Source: Candidatus Cloacimonadales bacterium (GTDB taxonomy: Bacteria > Cloacimonadota > Cloacimonadia > Cloacimonadales > JAIOQZ01). Taken from it: a stretch of 64,000 nt of DNA. Under the pieces are notes generated by a model that was given only the letters and a program-made list of their open reading frames with translations, ran no database searches and was not told the origin of the DNA. The stretch covers positions 768,001 through 832,000 of the forward strand of contig OY771587.1 of NCBI GenBank assembly GCA_963674825.1. Reading direction: 5' to 3'. Position numbers and translations under genes: made by a program. How positions within the stretch are numbered: the first letter of the stretch is position 1; every line of letters begins with the position of its first letter. Positions 50,063 to 60,500 of this stretch are shown here, piece by piece.

Positions 50063-52762
50063 TCAATAGGAACTATACGAAAGGCCATTGTTCGAATAGG
50101 GATCTTCCGCCATTACTACCCGAACTCGATTAAGTGTTTCCGACTTCAGATGATAGAAAAACACCGTCTCTTCTACTTCATTTCCGTCGTTATCCAGCAT
50201 ATCCCATGCAACCTCGTGATAGCCTTCGGAGAATGTGGAATAGGTTCGTACTTCGTCACCTTTCTGGCTAACAATCTTCAACGAAGCGGTTTCTCCCGGA
50301 CGCACATAGAAGCGGATTGTCACCAGAGGATTCTCATCAAGAGGCGCATCCATGGCATAAAGCTTCTCAGGATCGAAGTTTTCTACTCGTCCCTTTTCCA
50401 ATCCGACTTCTTCCAGCCAGGCAAGGTAGGGCAAACCATCATTTATCTTCGGATCGATCTTCCAGTTGCTGCCCTCCACTTCGTGCCCTGGACCGGAGAT
50501 GAACCAGCCGGCATCCAGATAGGTGTTGATATCCCGTAGTTGCTCCGTGGAATACGTTGGCTCCTCTTCACTCTCGATGCAATCAGGTGACCAGATTGCA
50601 TTTCCGCCTAATAATACATCAGGCGGTCCGGCTGTAATGATCCCAAGCCCCTTGTTACTCTTCAATTTCGCCAGAACAAGCGTTTCAAAGGCTGAAGAGA
50701 GTTCAAGCATCACCGCAGAAATTCCACCGGTTCCAAACTCACTTCTGATCTTTCCGTTGACCGAGCAATTCATGATGGAAGAATAGGCCCGGTTCTGCCC
50801 GGTGATTCCCGCTGCTATCGAATCAGAATACACCTCGCTATAAGAGACGCAGTTCGATACGATTGATTGCATATTCATGCCCGTGATACCGCCTGTTGTC
50901 ATCTGGCCGATGATATTGCCCCCTGAATAGCAATTGTGCAGATAATTATAATCCCAGAGATTGGCAACGACTCCAGCTATCAGAGTATGCCCCTTCACAT
51001 CGCCAAAATTCAGGCAGTTGTATAATTTACTAGAATAACAAGTACCAGCGATACCGCTGACAGTGTCGTTACCCTGAACTGAACCGGTATTGTAACAATT
51101 GTAAACTGTCGAGTTCATTGTCGAACCGGCAAAACCTGCTTCCTCGCTTCCATCACCCTTAACATCTCCGTGATTGGCACATCGTGTGACCTGGGAGTAA
51201 TCGCATGAGCTCGTAAAACCTCCAATCATGCATTCCCTGGTAATATTTCCATAGTTTGCACAGTCTGTGACCTTTGACCTGTAAATCGAACCTGAGAATC
51301 CACCATTATCCTTACCAATCACATCCGCGAAATTCACTGAGTTTACGACATCACTCTCCATAATCATCCCAAAACAACCACCGGATTGTCCAGTAGAAGT
51401 TACAGATCCCCTACTCTCACAATCCGTTATGATACTCTGGTAGGGCAATCCCGAAACCAGTCCTACGTCAAAGTCCCCGTGCAGCACCCCATCGCTCTTG
51501 CACCCCTTCAATGTGGAGTAATTGCACTCCGCGGTCAGAAGACCCATTTTCCATGTACCGGAGATTTCACCGCTGCATATGCAATTTGTCATCACAGAAT
51601 GGTTGAACTGGCTGCAGAATCCCGCGGTTAGAATGAATCCAGACACACTGCAATCTTCCAATGTCAAATCATATACTTCCGAATCAACCATCACCTTAAA
51701 AAGCGCTGTACATGAAAGCGAATCCCCCGTGATCGTCAGATTCTTGATCTTTTTACCGTTGCCATCTAAAATCCCTGAAAAATAGGGGATCTGGAGATTT
51801 CCAGCGCTCGACATATCAAGATCACGCATCAATCGGTAACGAAGACCCGGAATTTGCCCGGTATATCTGAGCTTGCTCAGATCATCAACAGAATGTATCT
51901 CAATAAAATCGCCTTTCGCGTTGAAGAATTGTCCTACCGATAATCGGTACTTCCGGTCAACCCAGCGCTTGTAATCAACAGGTTCCAGCGCACCAATTCC
52001 CTCTCGATGCTCCCCATTGATCGTCGATTCTTCCATATTGTAATAACAGTTTTCAACAAGTACTCCAGATCGCAGAGAACCAATAAACACCCCAAGGTTT
52101 GCCATACCCGAAATCTGAACAGAACTCGTACAGTTTTCCAGTCGAGAATACGAGCTATCGGACGACGCGAATGCCGCGATTCCTCCAACAGAGTCCTTTC
52201 CAGCCAGAACACCCGTTGTTTGGCAGTTTAATACAGATGAATCAATCAGATCCGCGACAATCCCTGCTGCTGACCTGCCGTGTACAGAAAGATTCATCAT
52301 CTGGAGATTAGTAAACAATGCTTTTTTCGCGAATGCAAACAGTGCCTGGCCCACTTTCTTCGGGCGATTGATGTAGAGGCTGTCGATCACATGGTTATTG
52401 CCATCGTATGAGCCGCAGAATGGTTTTTCTTCGTAGGTTTTCTGGAAGTAGTGATCTCCTATGGGTGCGAATCCCTCGCCGTCGTTCCAGTTTCGGGTTT
52501 CGGCAGCGTTGATATCGGCAGTCTGCACAAAGTGACAGCTCCACGAGTCCGGCGTCGTGCTGAGCCACCGTAGATTGTCCAGCGTGGCTATCCTGTAGGG
52601 ATCGTCTTCGCTGCCAGTACCATCCGGCTTGGATCCTTCGCTGACGAGCACGACCTTTTTCTTCTCACGCTTCTTCTTTGCCTTCTTGGGCTTTTCATTT
52701 GAGCATGCGCCAAACAACATTGTTAGTATCAGCGTTCCGAGAGCAATCCACTTCAATTTCAT
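50063..52762 (-). CDS. GLUG-repeat lipoprotein with degenerate C-terminal Ig/sorting-like domain
   Basis: MKLKWIALGTLILTMLFGA-C lipobox; Lys-rich linker; PDGTGSEDDPYRIAT cap; GLUG repeats. Confidence 0.8.
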   Translation of the reverse strand: MKLKWIALGTLILTMLFGACSNEKPKKAKKKREKKKVVLVSEGSKPDGTGSEDDPYRIATLDNLRWLSTTPDSWSCHFVQTADINAAETRNWNDGEGFAPIGDHYFQKTYEEKPFCGSYDGNNHVIDSLYINRPKKVGQALFAFAKKALFTNLQMMNLSVHGRSAAGIVADLIDSSVLNCQTTGVLAGKDSVGGIAAFASSDSSYSRLENCTSSVQISGMANLGVFIGSLRSGVLVENCYYNMEESTINGEHREGIGALEPVDYKRWVDRKYRLSVGQFFNAKGDFIEIHSVDDLSKLRYTGQIPGLRYRLMRDLDMSSAGNLQIPYFSGILDGNGKKIKNLTITGDSLSCTALFKVMVDSEVYDLTLEDCSVSGFILTAGFCSQFNHSVMTNCICSGEISGTWKMGLLTAECNYSTLKGCKSDGVLHGDFDVGLVSGLPYQSIITDCESRGSVTSTGQSGGCFGMIMESDVVNSVNFADVIGKDNGGFSGSIYRSKVTDCANYGNITRECMIGGFTSSCDYSQVTRCANHGDVKGDGSEEAGFAGSTMNSTVYNCYNTGSVQGNDTVSGIAGTCYSSKLYNCLNFGDVKGHTLIAGVVANLWDYNYLHNCYSGGNIIGQMTTGGITGMNMQSIVSNCVSYSEVYSDSIAAGITGQNRAYSSIMNCSVNGKIRSEFGTGGISAVMLELSSAFETLVLAKLKSNKGLGIITAGPPDVLLGGNAIWSPDCIESEEEPTYSTEQLRDINTYLDAGWFISGPGHEVEGSNWKIDPKINDGLPYLAWLEEVGLEKGRVENFDPEKLYAMDAPLDENPLVTIRFYVRPGETASLKIVSQKGDEVRTYSTFSEGYHEVAWDMLDNDGNEVEETVFFYHLKSETLNRVRVVMAEDPYSNNGLSYSSY

Positions 52763-52798
52763 AATCACCTGCGTCGTATAAATTTTCGATTGAATTTC

Positions 52799-52828
52799 AT
52801 TTTAGGCGCAGGGATCAACATATGTCAA
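52799..52828 (-). promoter_or_regulatory. Putative sigma70 promoter
   Basis: Minus strand TTGACA-18 nt-TAAAAT upstream of the GLUG lipoprotein. Confidence 0.5.
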
Positions 52829-52858
52829 CAAATTGCGTCAATATTGAGACGTATCAAC

Positions 52859-52885
52859 AAAAAAGCCCGTCGTAAAACGGGCTTT
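52859..52885 (-). terminator. Rho-independent terminator
   Basis: AAAGCCCGT/ACGGGCTTT hairpin with a T run on the minus strand. Confidence 0.8.
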
Positions 52886-52909
52886 GGTGTAGATAGAAAA
52901 ACTGTTGGT

Positions 52910-53533
52910 TTAGAAATCGTCGGTGTTCATCGCATCCATTTTCTTCAGGGCGCGGTCGATCATCTCCTGCTCTTTCTGATCCTGGAGCTTCGCCTTTTCC
53001 TGATTGAGGATATTCTGCATGAGTTCCTTCGGATATTCGCGCGGGACCATGTACCGGCAGTACGCGAGGTAGTAATAATCGATGGAGCCATCGGACTTCT
53101 TTTGCCACTTCTGGATGTAGTATTCCTGCGGCTCGCCGATCGAGATACCGGAGGCCTGGATGCGGCTCAGTTCGTCACGCACCACAGCCGGCGCAAGGAT
53201 GTTGTTGCCCATATCGACGGACGACACGACCTCGTCGATCTTGGTCTTTACATATACGCCCAGCGCTTCGACAGCCTGACGATAGGCGTCACGGCGCGCA
53301 TCGGAACGAGCATCCTGTTCCATACTATACTGACGCGATACGCCGATGAAAGCTTTTTCCTCATCGGTGGAAGCTTTTTCCGGGTTCTGAACCCACGAAG
53401 GCATCGAACCGCCCTCGATCTGCACAGCTTCACCTTCGGCCATTTCTTTATTCCCGGCACAGCCTGCAAACGCTGCCAGCGCTACAAACAATGCCACACA
53501 AACGATCCACATAACGCGTGCGGATATCTTCAT
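52910..53533 (-). CDS. LPP20-like lipoprotein
   Basis: Lipobox FAGC; P.WV..P...FIGVS.....E..AR..AR..A pattern; AGGAGG RBS. Confidence 0.7.
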   Translation of the reverse strand: MKISARVMWIVCVALFVALAAFAGCAGNKEMAEGEAVQIEGGSMPSWVQNPEKASTDEEKAFIGVSRQYSMEQDARSDARRDAYRQAVEALGVYVKTKIDEVVSSVDMGNNILAPAVVRDELSRIQASGISIGEPQEYYIQKWQKKSDGSIDYYYLAYCRYMVPREYPKELMQNILNQEKAKLQDQKEQEMIDRALKKMDAMNTDDF

Positions 53534-53582
53534 GATTCCTCCTGTGTAAAACACGTTGATTCTTCTCTAAAGATTATATCGA

Positions 53583-53599
53583 TGCAATCACGATGCCAA
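53583..53599 (-). promoter_or_regulatory. sigma54 -24/-12 promoter of the LPP20-like lipoprotein
   Basis: Minus strand TTGGCATCGTGATTGCA, nearly identical to the fliJ promoter. Confidence 0.7.
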
Positions 53600-53603
53600 A
53601 AAA

Positions 53604-54323
53604 TTATTGAAACTGCCCCTGCGCCTTCTCAAGGTCTTCTGGGGTGTCGATACCAATTCCGCGATACTCCGTGCAGGCTGTTCGAATGGAAATACCGTTC
53701 TCCAGCAGACGAAGCTGCTCCAGGCTCTCCGCCTGCTCCAGATGCCCCGGTTGCATGGAGACAAACCGCAGCAATGCATCCTTCGTGTAAGCATAGACGC
53801 CGATGTGCCGGTAGCGGTTGGGAATGAAGTCTCTCGCCCGAAATGGAATCGGGCTGCGCGAGAAATAGAGCGCGTCACCGCTTGTCGCTATGGCAACTTT
53901 CACGACATTGGGATTCTGAAGATCCTCATCGTTATCAAGCTCGTGAACCAGCGTTCCCACTTGCACGGTGTCGTCGTCAAAGAGCTCAAGAAGCTTGGTA
54001 AGCGGCCCTCTGGAGATAAACGGTTCATCTCCCTGTACGTTCACCACGATATCGAAATCCATGTCGCGAACTACCTCGGCGATGCGATCGGTTCCGCTGC
54101 GGTGTTCGGTCGATGTCATGGCGGCTTCTCCACCATGCTCGATCACCGTATCGAATATTCTCGTATCATCTGTCGCAACAACGATTTTGGAGAAAAGTTC
54201 CGTTCGCTGCACGGCCTGATAGACCTGCACGATCATTGGCTTTCCTGCCAGCATTGCAAGCGGCTTACCGGGGAATCGCGACGAATCATATCGTGCTGGA
54301 ATAACTGCAATTACTGATTTCAA
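53604..54323 (-). CDS. kdsB: CMP-Kdo synthetase
   Basis: VIPARYDSSRFPGKPL, SGTDRI, NVQGDEP, ALYFSRSPIP, HIGVYAY, E.LEQLR.LENG. Confidence 0.96.
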   Translation of the reverse strand: MKSVIAVIPARYDSSRFPGKPLAMLAGKPMIVQVYQAVQRTELFSKIVVATDDTRIFDTVIEHGGEAAMTSTEHRSGTDRIAEVVRDMDFDIVVNVQGDEPFISRGPLTKLLELFDDDTVQVGTLVHELDNDEDLQNPNVVKVAIATSGDALYFSRSPIPFRARDFIPNRYRHIGVYAYTKDALLRFVSMQPGHLEQAESLEQLRLLENGISIRTACTEYRGIGIDTPEDLEKAQGQFQ

Positions 54324-54351
54324 TATTCAATCTCCATCTCAATTTTCTGAG

Positions 54352-55170
54352 TTATACCCTCATTTTCATTTCAATGTACACCACGTAGCTAAACAGGCCG
54401 CTCGTGTACTTGCGGCGAATATACATCCGGCTGACCATGAGGTCATTCAGCTCTACTACCGTCTCAATCGCCGATGTGGTAAGCACCTTCTCCTGTCCGT
54501 CCATCTCGTTGATCTTGCGCATTGCCTGCACTTTCTGGCTGCTGTACTGCGCCAGCTCCAGCCGTGCCTTGACAAGCGCGCTCTCGTAGGCTTTGATCAG
54601 GTCGGAAGAGCTGCTCGAAGCAATCGCCGACACAAAGGCATCCTCTTCCAACACCGGATGACGATCCATCCAACCCGGTTCGGAGTCGGGCTCGTACTCG
54701 ACGTGTGTAGTATCGATTAACGCCCTTTCGGGCGCAAAAAGGCAAATCGAATAGCCGTCCAGATCGTTATCGTGTAAAAGCGTCAGGTGGTCGTATATTC
54801 CTCGTGCGTCTGGTGCGGCACTGACGTTGAATTCGAGCCTGGCTCGATCCTCGTCGCTGAATCCGTTTGTATCTCGCGAAATGGCAGCGCATTTCTTCAC
54901 GTTCCAAGAGCTTCGGTTTCTGGCCATGATCACAGCGGCCTGATTGCGCGCACTATCGATGGCTTTCTCATGATTCGAGGAACCGTAGGCGATGCCAATA
55001 ACATGCTCGTTATCCGTCGGAGGTGTCAGCACCCATGCGGGAAGCGACATTGTCGGGTTATCCACTACATACGTTTCTGGATTCTCCACAGCCGGCTGGT
55101 AGTGCTTCGGCTTTCCTCCACAAGAGATCAGTGTGAGCGCCAGCAGCAAAATAGTAGCATATCGGATCAT
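54352..55170 (-). CDS. Lipoprotein with two LPP20-like modules
   Basis: Lipobox LISC; LPAWV..P...IGIA...A...ARNQA, plus a second PGWM...A...AL.KAR.ELA module. Confidence 0.65.
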   Translation of the reverse strand: MIRYATILLLALTLISCGGKPKHYQPAVENPETYVVDNPTMSLPAWVLTPPTDNEHVIGIAYGSSNHEKAIDSARNQAAVIMARNRSSWNVKKCAAISRDTNGFSDEDRARLEFNVSAAPDARGIYDHLTLLHDNDLDGYSICLFAPERALIDTTHVEYEPDSEPGWMDRHPVLEEDAFVSAIASSSSSDLIKAYESALVKARLELAQYSSQKVQAMRKINEMDGQEKVLTTSAIETVVELNDLMVSRMYIRRKYTSGLFSYVVYIEMKMRV

Positions 55171-55173
55171 TCT

Positions 55174-57018
55174 TCATCCTTTTTTATATCGCTGCTTGCG
55201 TATATAGACCATCAGAGCGGTGATATCGGTTCGATTAACGCCGGAAATTCTTGCCGCCTGGCCCAATGAGCGAGGTTGCAAACGCTTGAGCTTTTCGCGC
55301 GCTTCCCAGGCGATGGTCTCGATAGACATATAGTCGATGCCCTCGGGGAGGAGCTGTTCTTCCATCTCCTCGAATCTGCGGATATCGTCCAGTTGCCGCA
55401 TGAGATAGCCCTCGTACTTGCATTCGATGGTGATACGTTCCTTGATCGCCGGCGTCAGGTCGTCCGGCATCTTGTAGCCGAAATGAACCAAATCATCGAA
55501 TTCGACCTCGGGCCTCTTGAGAATGTTGTAGAACTTTGTCGGTTCTTTCAGTCCGCGGGTGACAATGGTGTTGTTCGTCCTGAGGTAATCGAGCTCACGA
55601 TCCTTTATAAGCAGGGTGTCCTGAAAGCGATTCCAACGTACTTCATCGACCAATCCAAGTTTATGTCCTAGTGGCATGAGACGCTCGTCTGCATTATCCT
55701 GCCGCAGGAAAAGCCGGTATTCGGCACGCGAGGTGAAAAGCCGATAAGGCTCTTCGGTTCCGCGCGTAACCAGGTCGTCGATGAGGACACCGATGTAAGA
55801 CTTGGAGCGGTCGAAGATAACCGGATCCTTTTTGTCCAGTGTCATGACAGCATTGATACCGGCGGCGATGCCTTGCGCGGCTGCCTCTTCGTAGCCAGAG
55901 GTTCCGTTGATCTGCCCGGCGAGGTAAAGTCCCTCGATGGATCTTGTCTCGAGCGTGAGAGTGATCTCGGACGGAATCACGATGTCGTATTCGATCGCGT
56001 AAGCGTAGCGGATAATCTTGGCATTTTCCAGACCGGTAACCGTCTCCAATGCCTGCTTCTGCACCTGCGGCGGAAGGCTATTTGAAATGCCGTTGACGTA
56101 GGCTTCGTAGGTATCTGTTCCCTCCGGCTCGATAAAGAGCTGGTGGCGCGGCTTGTCCGAGAATTTTACGATCTTGTCCTCGATCGAAGGGCAGTAGCGC
56201 GGCCCAATGCCGCTGATGTTACCACCGTAAAGGGACGAGCGTTTCAAGTTGTTCTGTATGATGCTATGCGTTTGTTCGTTGGTGTAGGTAAGCCAGCAAC
56301 TAACCCGATTGTTGAGCTGGATATCGCGGTAGAAGGTGAACCCGACCGGATCGGGATCGCCAGGCTGCTCTTCCATCTTCGAAAGATCGACGGTACGCAT
56401 ATCGACACGTGGCGGTGTACCGGTCTTGAAGCGTGAAGTCTTTAGCCCAAGCTTTTTAAGGGACGAAGTGAGGACGTTGGCCGCCGGTTCTCCCGAGCGT
56501 CCACCGCTGAAATTGACGTCACCCACGTGGATGGTTCCGCGCAGAAACGTACCGGTCGCGACGATGACTCGCGGCGCGTAGTATTCCTCCCCGAGGTGCG
56601 ACCGAACGCCGATTACACGTTTACCCGATGGATCGACCAGAATTTCGTCGATGATCGATTCCTTGATGTCCAGACCGGATTGTTCTTCCAGACTCTGACG
56701 CATCCAGATTGAGTATTGCAGACGATCGTTCTGCGAGCGTGGCGCCCAGACTGCGGGGCCTTTCTTGCGGTTGAGCATGCGGAACTGGATACCGGTTATA
56801 TCGCCGATCCTTCCGATCTCCCCACCCAGTGCGTCAATTTCGCGCGCAAGATGCCCCTTGGCCGGTCCGCCGAGTGACGGATTGCACGACATCCTGCCAA
56901 TACTTTCGAATTTAACAACAAAGATCAGCGTCGTAGCCCCCATGCGAGCCGCGGCAAGCGCTGCTTCGCATCCTGCGTGTCCCGCACCGATCACGATAAC
57001 GTCGTATTTCTGGTTCAT
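55174..57018 (-). CDS. mnmG: tRNA uridine 5-carboxymethylaminomethyl modification enzyme MnmG (GidA)
   Basis: YDVIVIGAGHAGCEAA, MSCNPS.GG.AKG, FKTGTPPR, GPRYCPSIEDK, AGQINGTSGYEEAAAQG. Confidence 0.97.
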   Translation of the reverse strand: MNQKYDVIVIGAGHAGCEAALAAARMGATTLIFVVKFESIGRMSCNPSLGGPAKGHLAREIDALGGEIGRIGDITGIQFRMLNRKKGPAVWAPRSQNDRLQYSIWMRQSLEEQSGLDIKESIIDEILVDPSGKRVIGVRSHLGEEYYAPRVIVATGTFLRGTIHVGDVNFSGGRSGEPAANVLTSSLKKLGLKTSRFKTGTPPRVDMRTVDLSKMEEQPGDPDPVGFTFYRDIQLNNRVSCWLTYTNEQTHSIIQNNLKRSSLYGGNISGIGPRYCPSIEDKIVKFSDKPRHQLFIEPEGTDTYEAYVNGISNSLPPQVQKQALETVTGLENAKIIRYAYAIEYDIVIPSEITLTLETRSIEGLYLAGQINGTSGYEEAAAQGIAAGINAVMTLDKKDPVIFDRSKSYIGVLIDDLVTRGTEEPYRLFTSRAEYRLFLRQDNADERLMPLGHKLGLVDEVRWNRFQDTLLIKDRELDYLRTNNTIVTRGLKEPTKFYNILKRPEVEFDDLVHFGYKMPDDLTPAIKERITIECKYEGYLMRQLDDIRRFEEMEEQLLPEGIDYMSIETIAWEAREKLKRLQPRSLGQAARISGVNRTDITALMVYIRKQRYKKG

Positions 57019-57254
57019 ATAAAAAGTCCTTTCAAGAAATCTGACGATATCAAACAGCGCATTGGTGTCAAGAAAATCGGCTTTGATGAACAGACAGTAG
57101 AAGGAAAGGCCATTGGCAGAAGTCACTTAGTTTGCATATTCGATCACAAAAAACACAAACGCCTCTGCAGCAATGAAGTAAGATGCCGGAAGCGCTTAAA
57201 CTCCTATGCATAATGTCTTCTATAGCAATAGATTACGAGAACCGGAAAGGTTTC

Positions 57255-57449
57255 GTGAAAACCAAAGCCAAGATGAAGATTCTGAAAGACTCGAAAAAAT
57301 ACCTCTCGCAGTATGTGACTGAATGGCTTGAGAATTCCGACACAACGGAAGAGGAGATACAGAAGATGAACAACGACCTCTTCACTGAGGTAAACAACAT
57401 CACGAAGGGACGTTCACTTCAAGAAAGTGTTCAGCAACCCGCGGCTTAA
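57255..57449 (+). CDS. Small hypothetical protein
   Basis: GTG start after a GGAAAGG RBS; helical, charged 64 aa; divergent from mnmG; start uncertain. Confidence 0.5.
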   Translation: MKTKAKMKILKDSKKYLSQYVTEWLENSDTTEEEIQKMNNDLFTEVNNITKGRSLQESVQQPAA

Positions 57450-57531
57450 TCTTTGGTTCATGACAACATGATTGGCATGGTGACGATCCAAATCAAGTGC
57501 AATTCCTTGTTCGAGTTACTTGATAACTTTT

Positions 57532-60500
57532 TTATTTGCCTCCTCCGGGATGATGCCGGGTGTTTACACATTGTTGATCAGTTCGGAGGGTGTTTGCTGC
57601 CACAACGAAATAGAAATAACTGGATCCACTCAGTAATTCTGTGTCCGTGTAGCTTTCCGTCGCAGATGTACCGATCTGCACAAATTCTCTGTCAGGATAC
57701 TCCGAGCGATAAATGATATATGACGTAGCATTCGGTACTATAGCCCAACTCAGCAGGATTGTGTTATCTCCAACAGATATTGTTACATTCACTGGTGCTG
57801 TCAATTCACCGGGATCAACGCCGACAGTCCACTCATACGCCCCGATGTCTATCGTTGTATTCTGAATGCGATCCTGTCCTCGGATGTCACAGGATTCGCT
57901 GTTGTAACTGTTGTCTCCGGCATTCACACATGAAGAAGAGCCATCGATTCTCAAGTCACCGGTTTCAGCGCCGACGAATAGAGGATCAACAGAAATGTTG
58001 TTCGTCGTTGCATCAAGAATGTCTGAACCACTTGCAAGTACCACATCATTCGTGCCATTTGCGTAGCATGAATTGTTCAACGTCGTTGTGCCGCCACCCA
58101 TCAGGTACATCTGATTACCGGTCGTTGCTATATTTCCCCAGACAATGCAGTTTTGCAGAACTGGAGAGCAATTGTTGTAATTCAGCATGCCGCCACCGTA
58201 ATACATGGCTACATTCATTGCAATCGTTGTGTTTGTCAGTACAGGTGAAGAGGACGTCGAATTCTCGATTCCTGCGCTGTTATTCGTGGTCTTGTTGCCA
58301 TAGATCAAGCAATTCGTGATTATGGGAGATGCGTTGTAATTACAGACACCGCCACCGTAATCACCTTCATTCGCTGTAACAGTAACGTTTGTAATGGATG
58401 GCGAAGCCCCGGAATTGAAAACGCCAGAACCCCTGTCAAAAGAGTCTGTCCCATTTGCGTGCCCACCTTTCACGGTAAAACCATTCAAAACACTTGCGGC
58501 GGTCAAAGGGGCCGGATTGTAGATGACATGATAGCAGTTTTCCGAATTGTTGGAGAAAGCAAGTGTCTCTCCGCTTCCGCTTACAATGTCGTCCCCGAAT
58601 CGATCACCGCTCAAAATGGTCTCGTTTTCGTCTCCCATTCCGAAATTCGTTCTTTCATCTACGGATGTTTCCGTACCGGCAAATCCGCCGTAGATTTCGA
58701 CTCCTTCCATCATCCTGAAATGATAGTAGCGGGGGGTATTCGTCAGATTGTAAGAATAGCTTGGAATATATGTCCCCTTTGCCACCCAGATTTGATCTCC
58801 GGGTGTGGCAATATCAAGCGCTGATTGCAGGGAGGTGAAGGCGTCAGCCCAGCTTGCTCCATTGTTCGCTCCCACGGCATTGATATCGACAAATAGAATT
58901 CCAGCGATATTGTATGGATCGACGCCAGGTGTCCACTCGTATGCGCCCATATCGATTGTGGTGTTTTGAATCCGGGCCTGACCTCGCACATCGGTTGATG
59001 CTGTGTTATAACTGTTAAGACCGCTATCGACTCCGGGGGAACAGCCCAGCAATCGAAAATCCTGCGTGAAAGAACCAACAAAATGAGGGTCAATCGTGAT
59101 GTTGTTGTTGGTCGCGTCGAGGGTTCCATTCAGCGTTTCGACGTCATTGTCGAGATCTTTGTAACAGGAATAGCTTATAGTTGTTGAACCGGTGCTGACC
59201 AACGATAGTTCATTCCCAGAACTCGTTGCCGTGTTATTCCAGATAACGCAATTATTGATGGTTAACGTTGATGCCACATTGTCCGAAGCAAACCTGATAC
59301 CGCCTCCGGATAATCCGGCGTGATTTTCTGAAATGGTTACGTTATTTAAAACGGAATCATACTGCACTGAACTGGAGTAGTTAATAATGGCTCCACCATT
59401 ATTGGTAGTTGTGTTAGAAGAAAACAACGAGTTGGCGATCGTTAGCGAAGACGAGTGCGTAGATAAAGCCCCGCCATCAGTAGCAGAGTTGTTACCGGTG
59501 AATATCGCGTTCAGTATTGATGCTGTTGATTCTCTGAAATATATTGCACCTGCATTGTACGCATAGTTCGAGATAAAGCTCATGCCACCAAATTCTGGAG
59601 AACCGTTATAAACGTATACGCCTCCACCGCTATTTGATGAGATATTGTTGGTGAATGAGACATTTTCCAAGAATGACATACTGTCATACATATACACTGC
59701 GCCGCCAATGCTTTCTGCTTTATTTGAATCAAAATTCACCTTCCTGATGACTGGCGAGGAGGAGAACAAGTACAATGCACCTCCTCTATTATGAGGATTG
59801 CTCCCACTGTTCGCATTCCCACCTGTTATTGTGAATCCGTCAAGCAGGGCAGAATTTGTTAGATTCGTTCCGTCGGGGTGATAGAATACATGATAGCAGT
59901 TATCATCTCCGCTTGTACCCTGATAACCACCATTGGTTACATCGAAATCATCATTGTCATTCAAATCACCGCTTAGAATTGTTTCATTTGCTTCTTCAAA
60001 ACCATAATTGATTCTTTGGTCGATCCCTGTCTCAGTTCCGGTAAACCCTCCATATATTTCAGTTCCTTCCACCATTCTGAAATGATAATAGCGGGAACCA
60101 CCACCCAATCCATAGTCATATTCTGGTTTATACGTTCCCCTTGCCACCCAGATCTGATCACCCGAAGCCGCTTCATTCAACGCTGATTGAAGCGAAGTGT
60201 AGGCGTCAACCCAGCATGAACCGTCATTGTTTCCACCAGCAAGAAGATCCACGTAGATGATATGAAGGGGCGGATCAACGCCGACAGTCCACTCATACGC
60301 CCCGATGTCTATCGTTGTATTCTGAATGCGATCCTGTCCTCGGATGTCACAGGATTCGCTGTTGTAGCTGTTGTCTCCGGCATTCACACATGAAGAAGAG
60401 CCATCGATTCTCAAATCACCGGTTTCAGCGCCGACGAATAGAGGATCAACAGAAATGTTGTTCGTCGTTGCATCAAGAATGTCTGAACCACTTGCAAGTA

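Noticed and set aside
45451..52762. Genomic island integrated at tRNA-Arg
   Set aside because: No integrase and no duplicated tRNA 3' end were found in the window; the adjacent genes belong to a family native to this genome.
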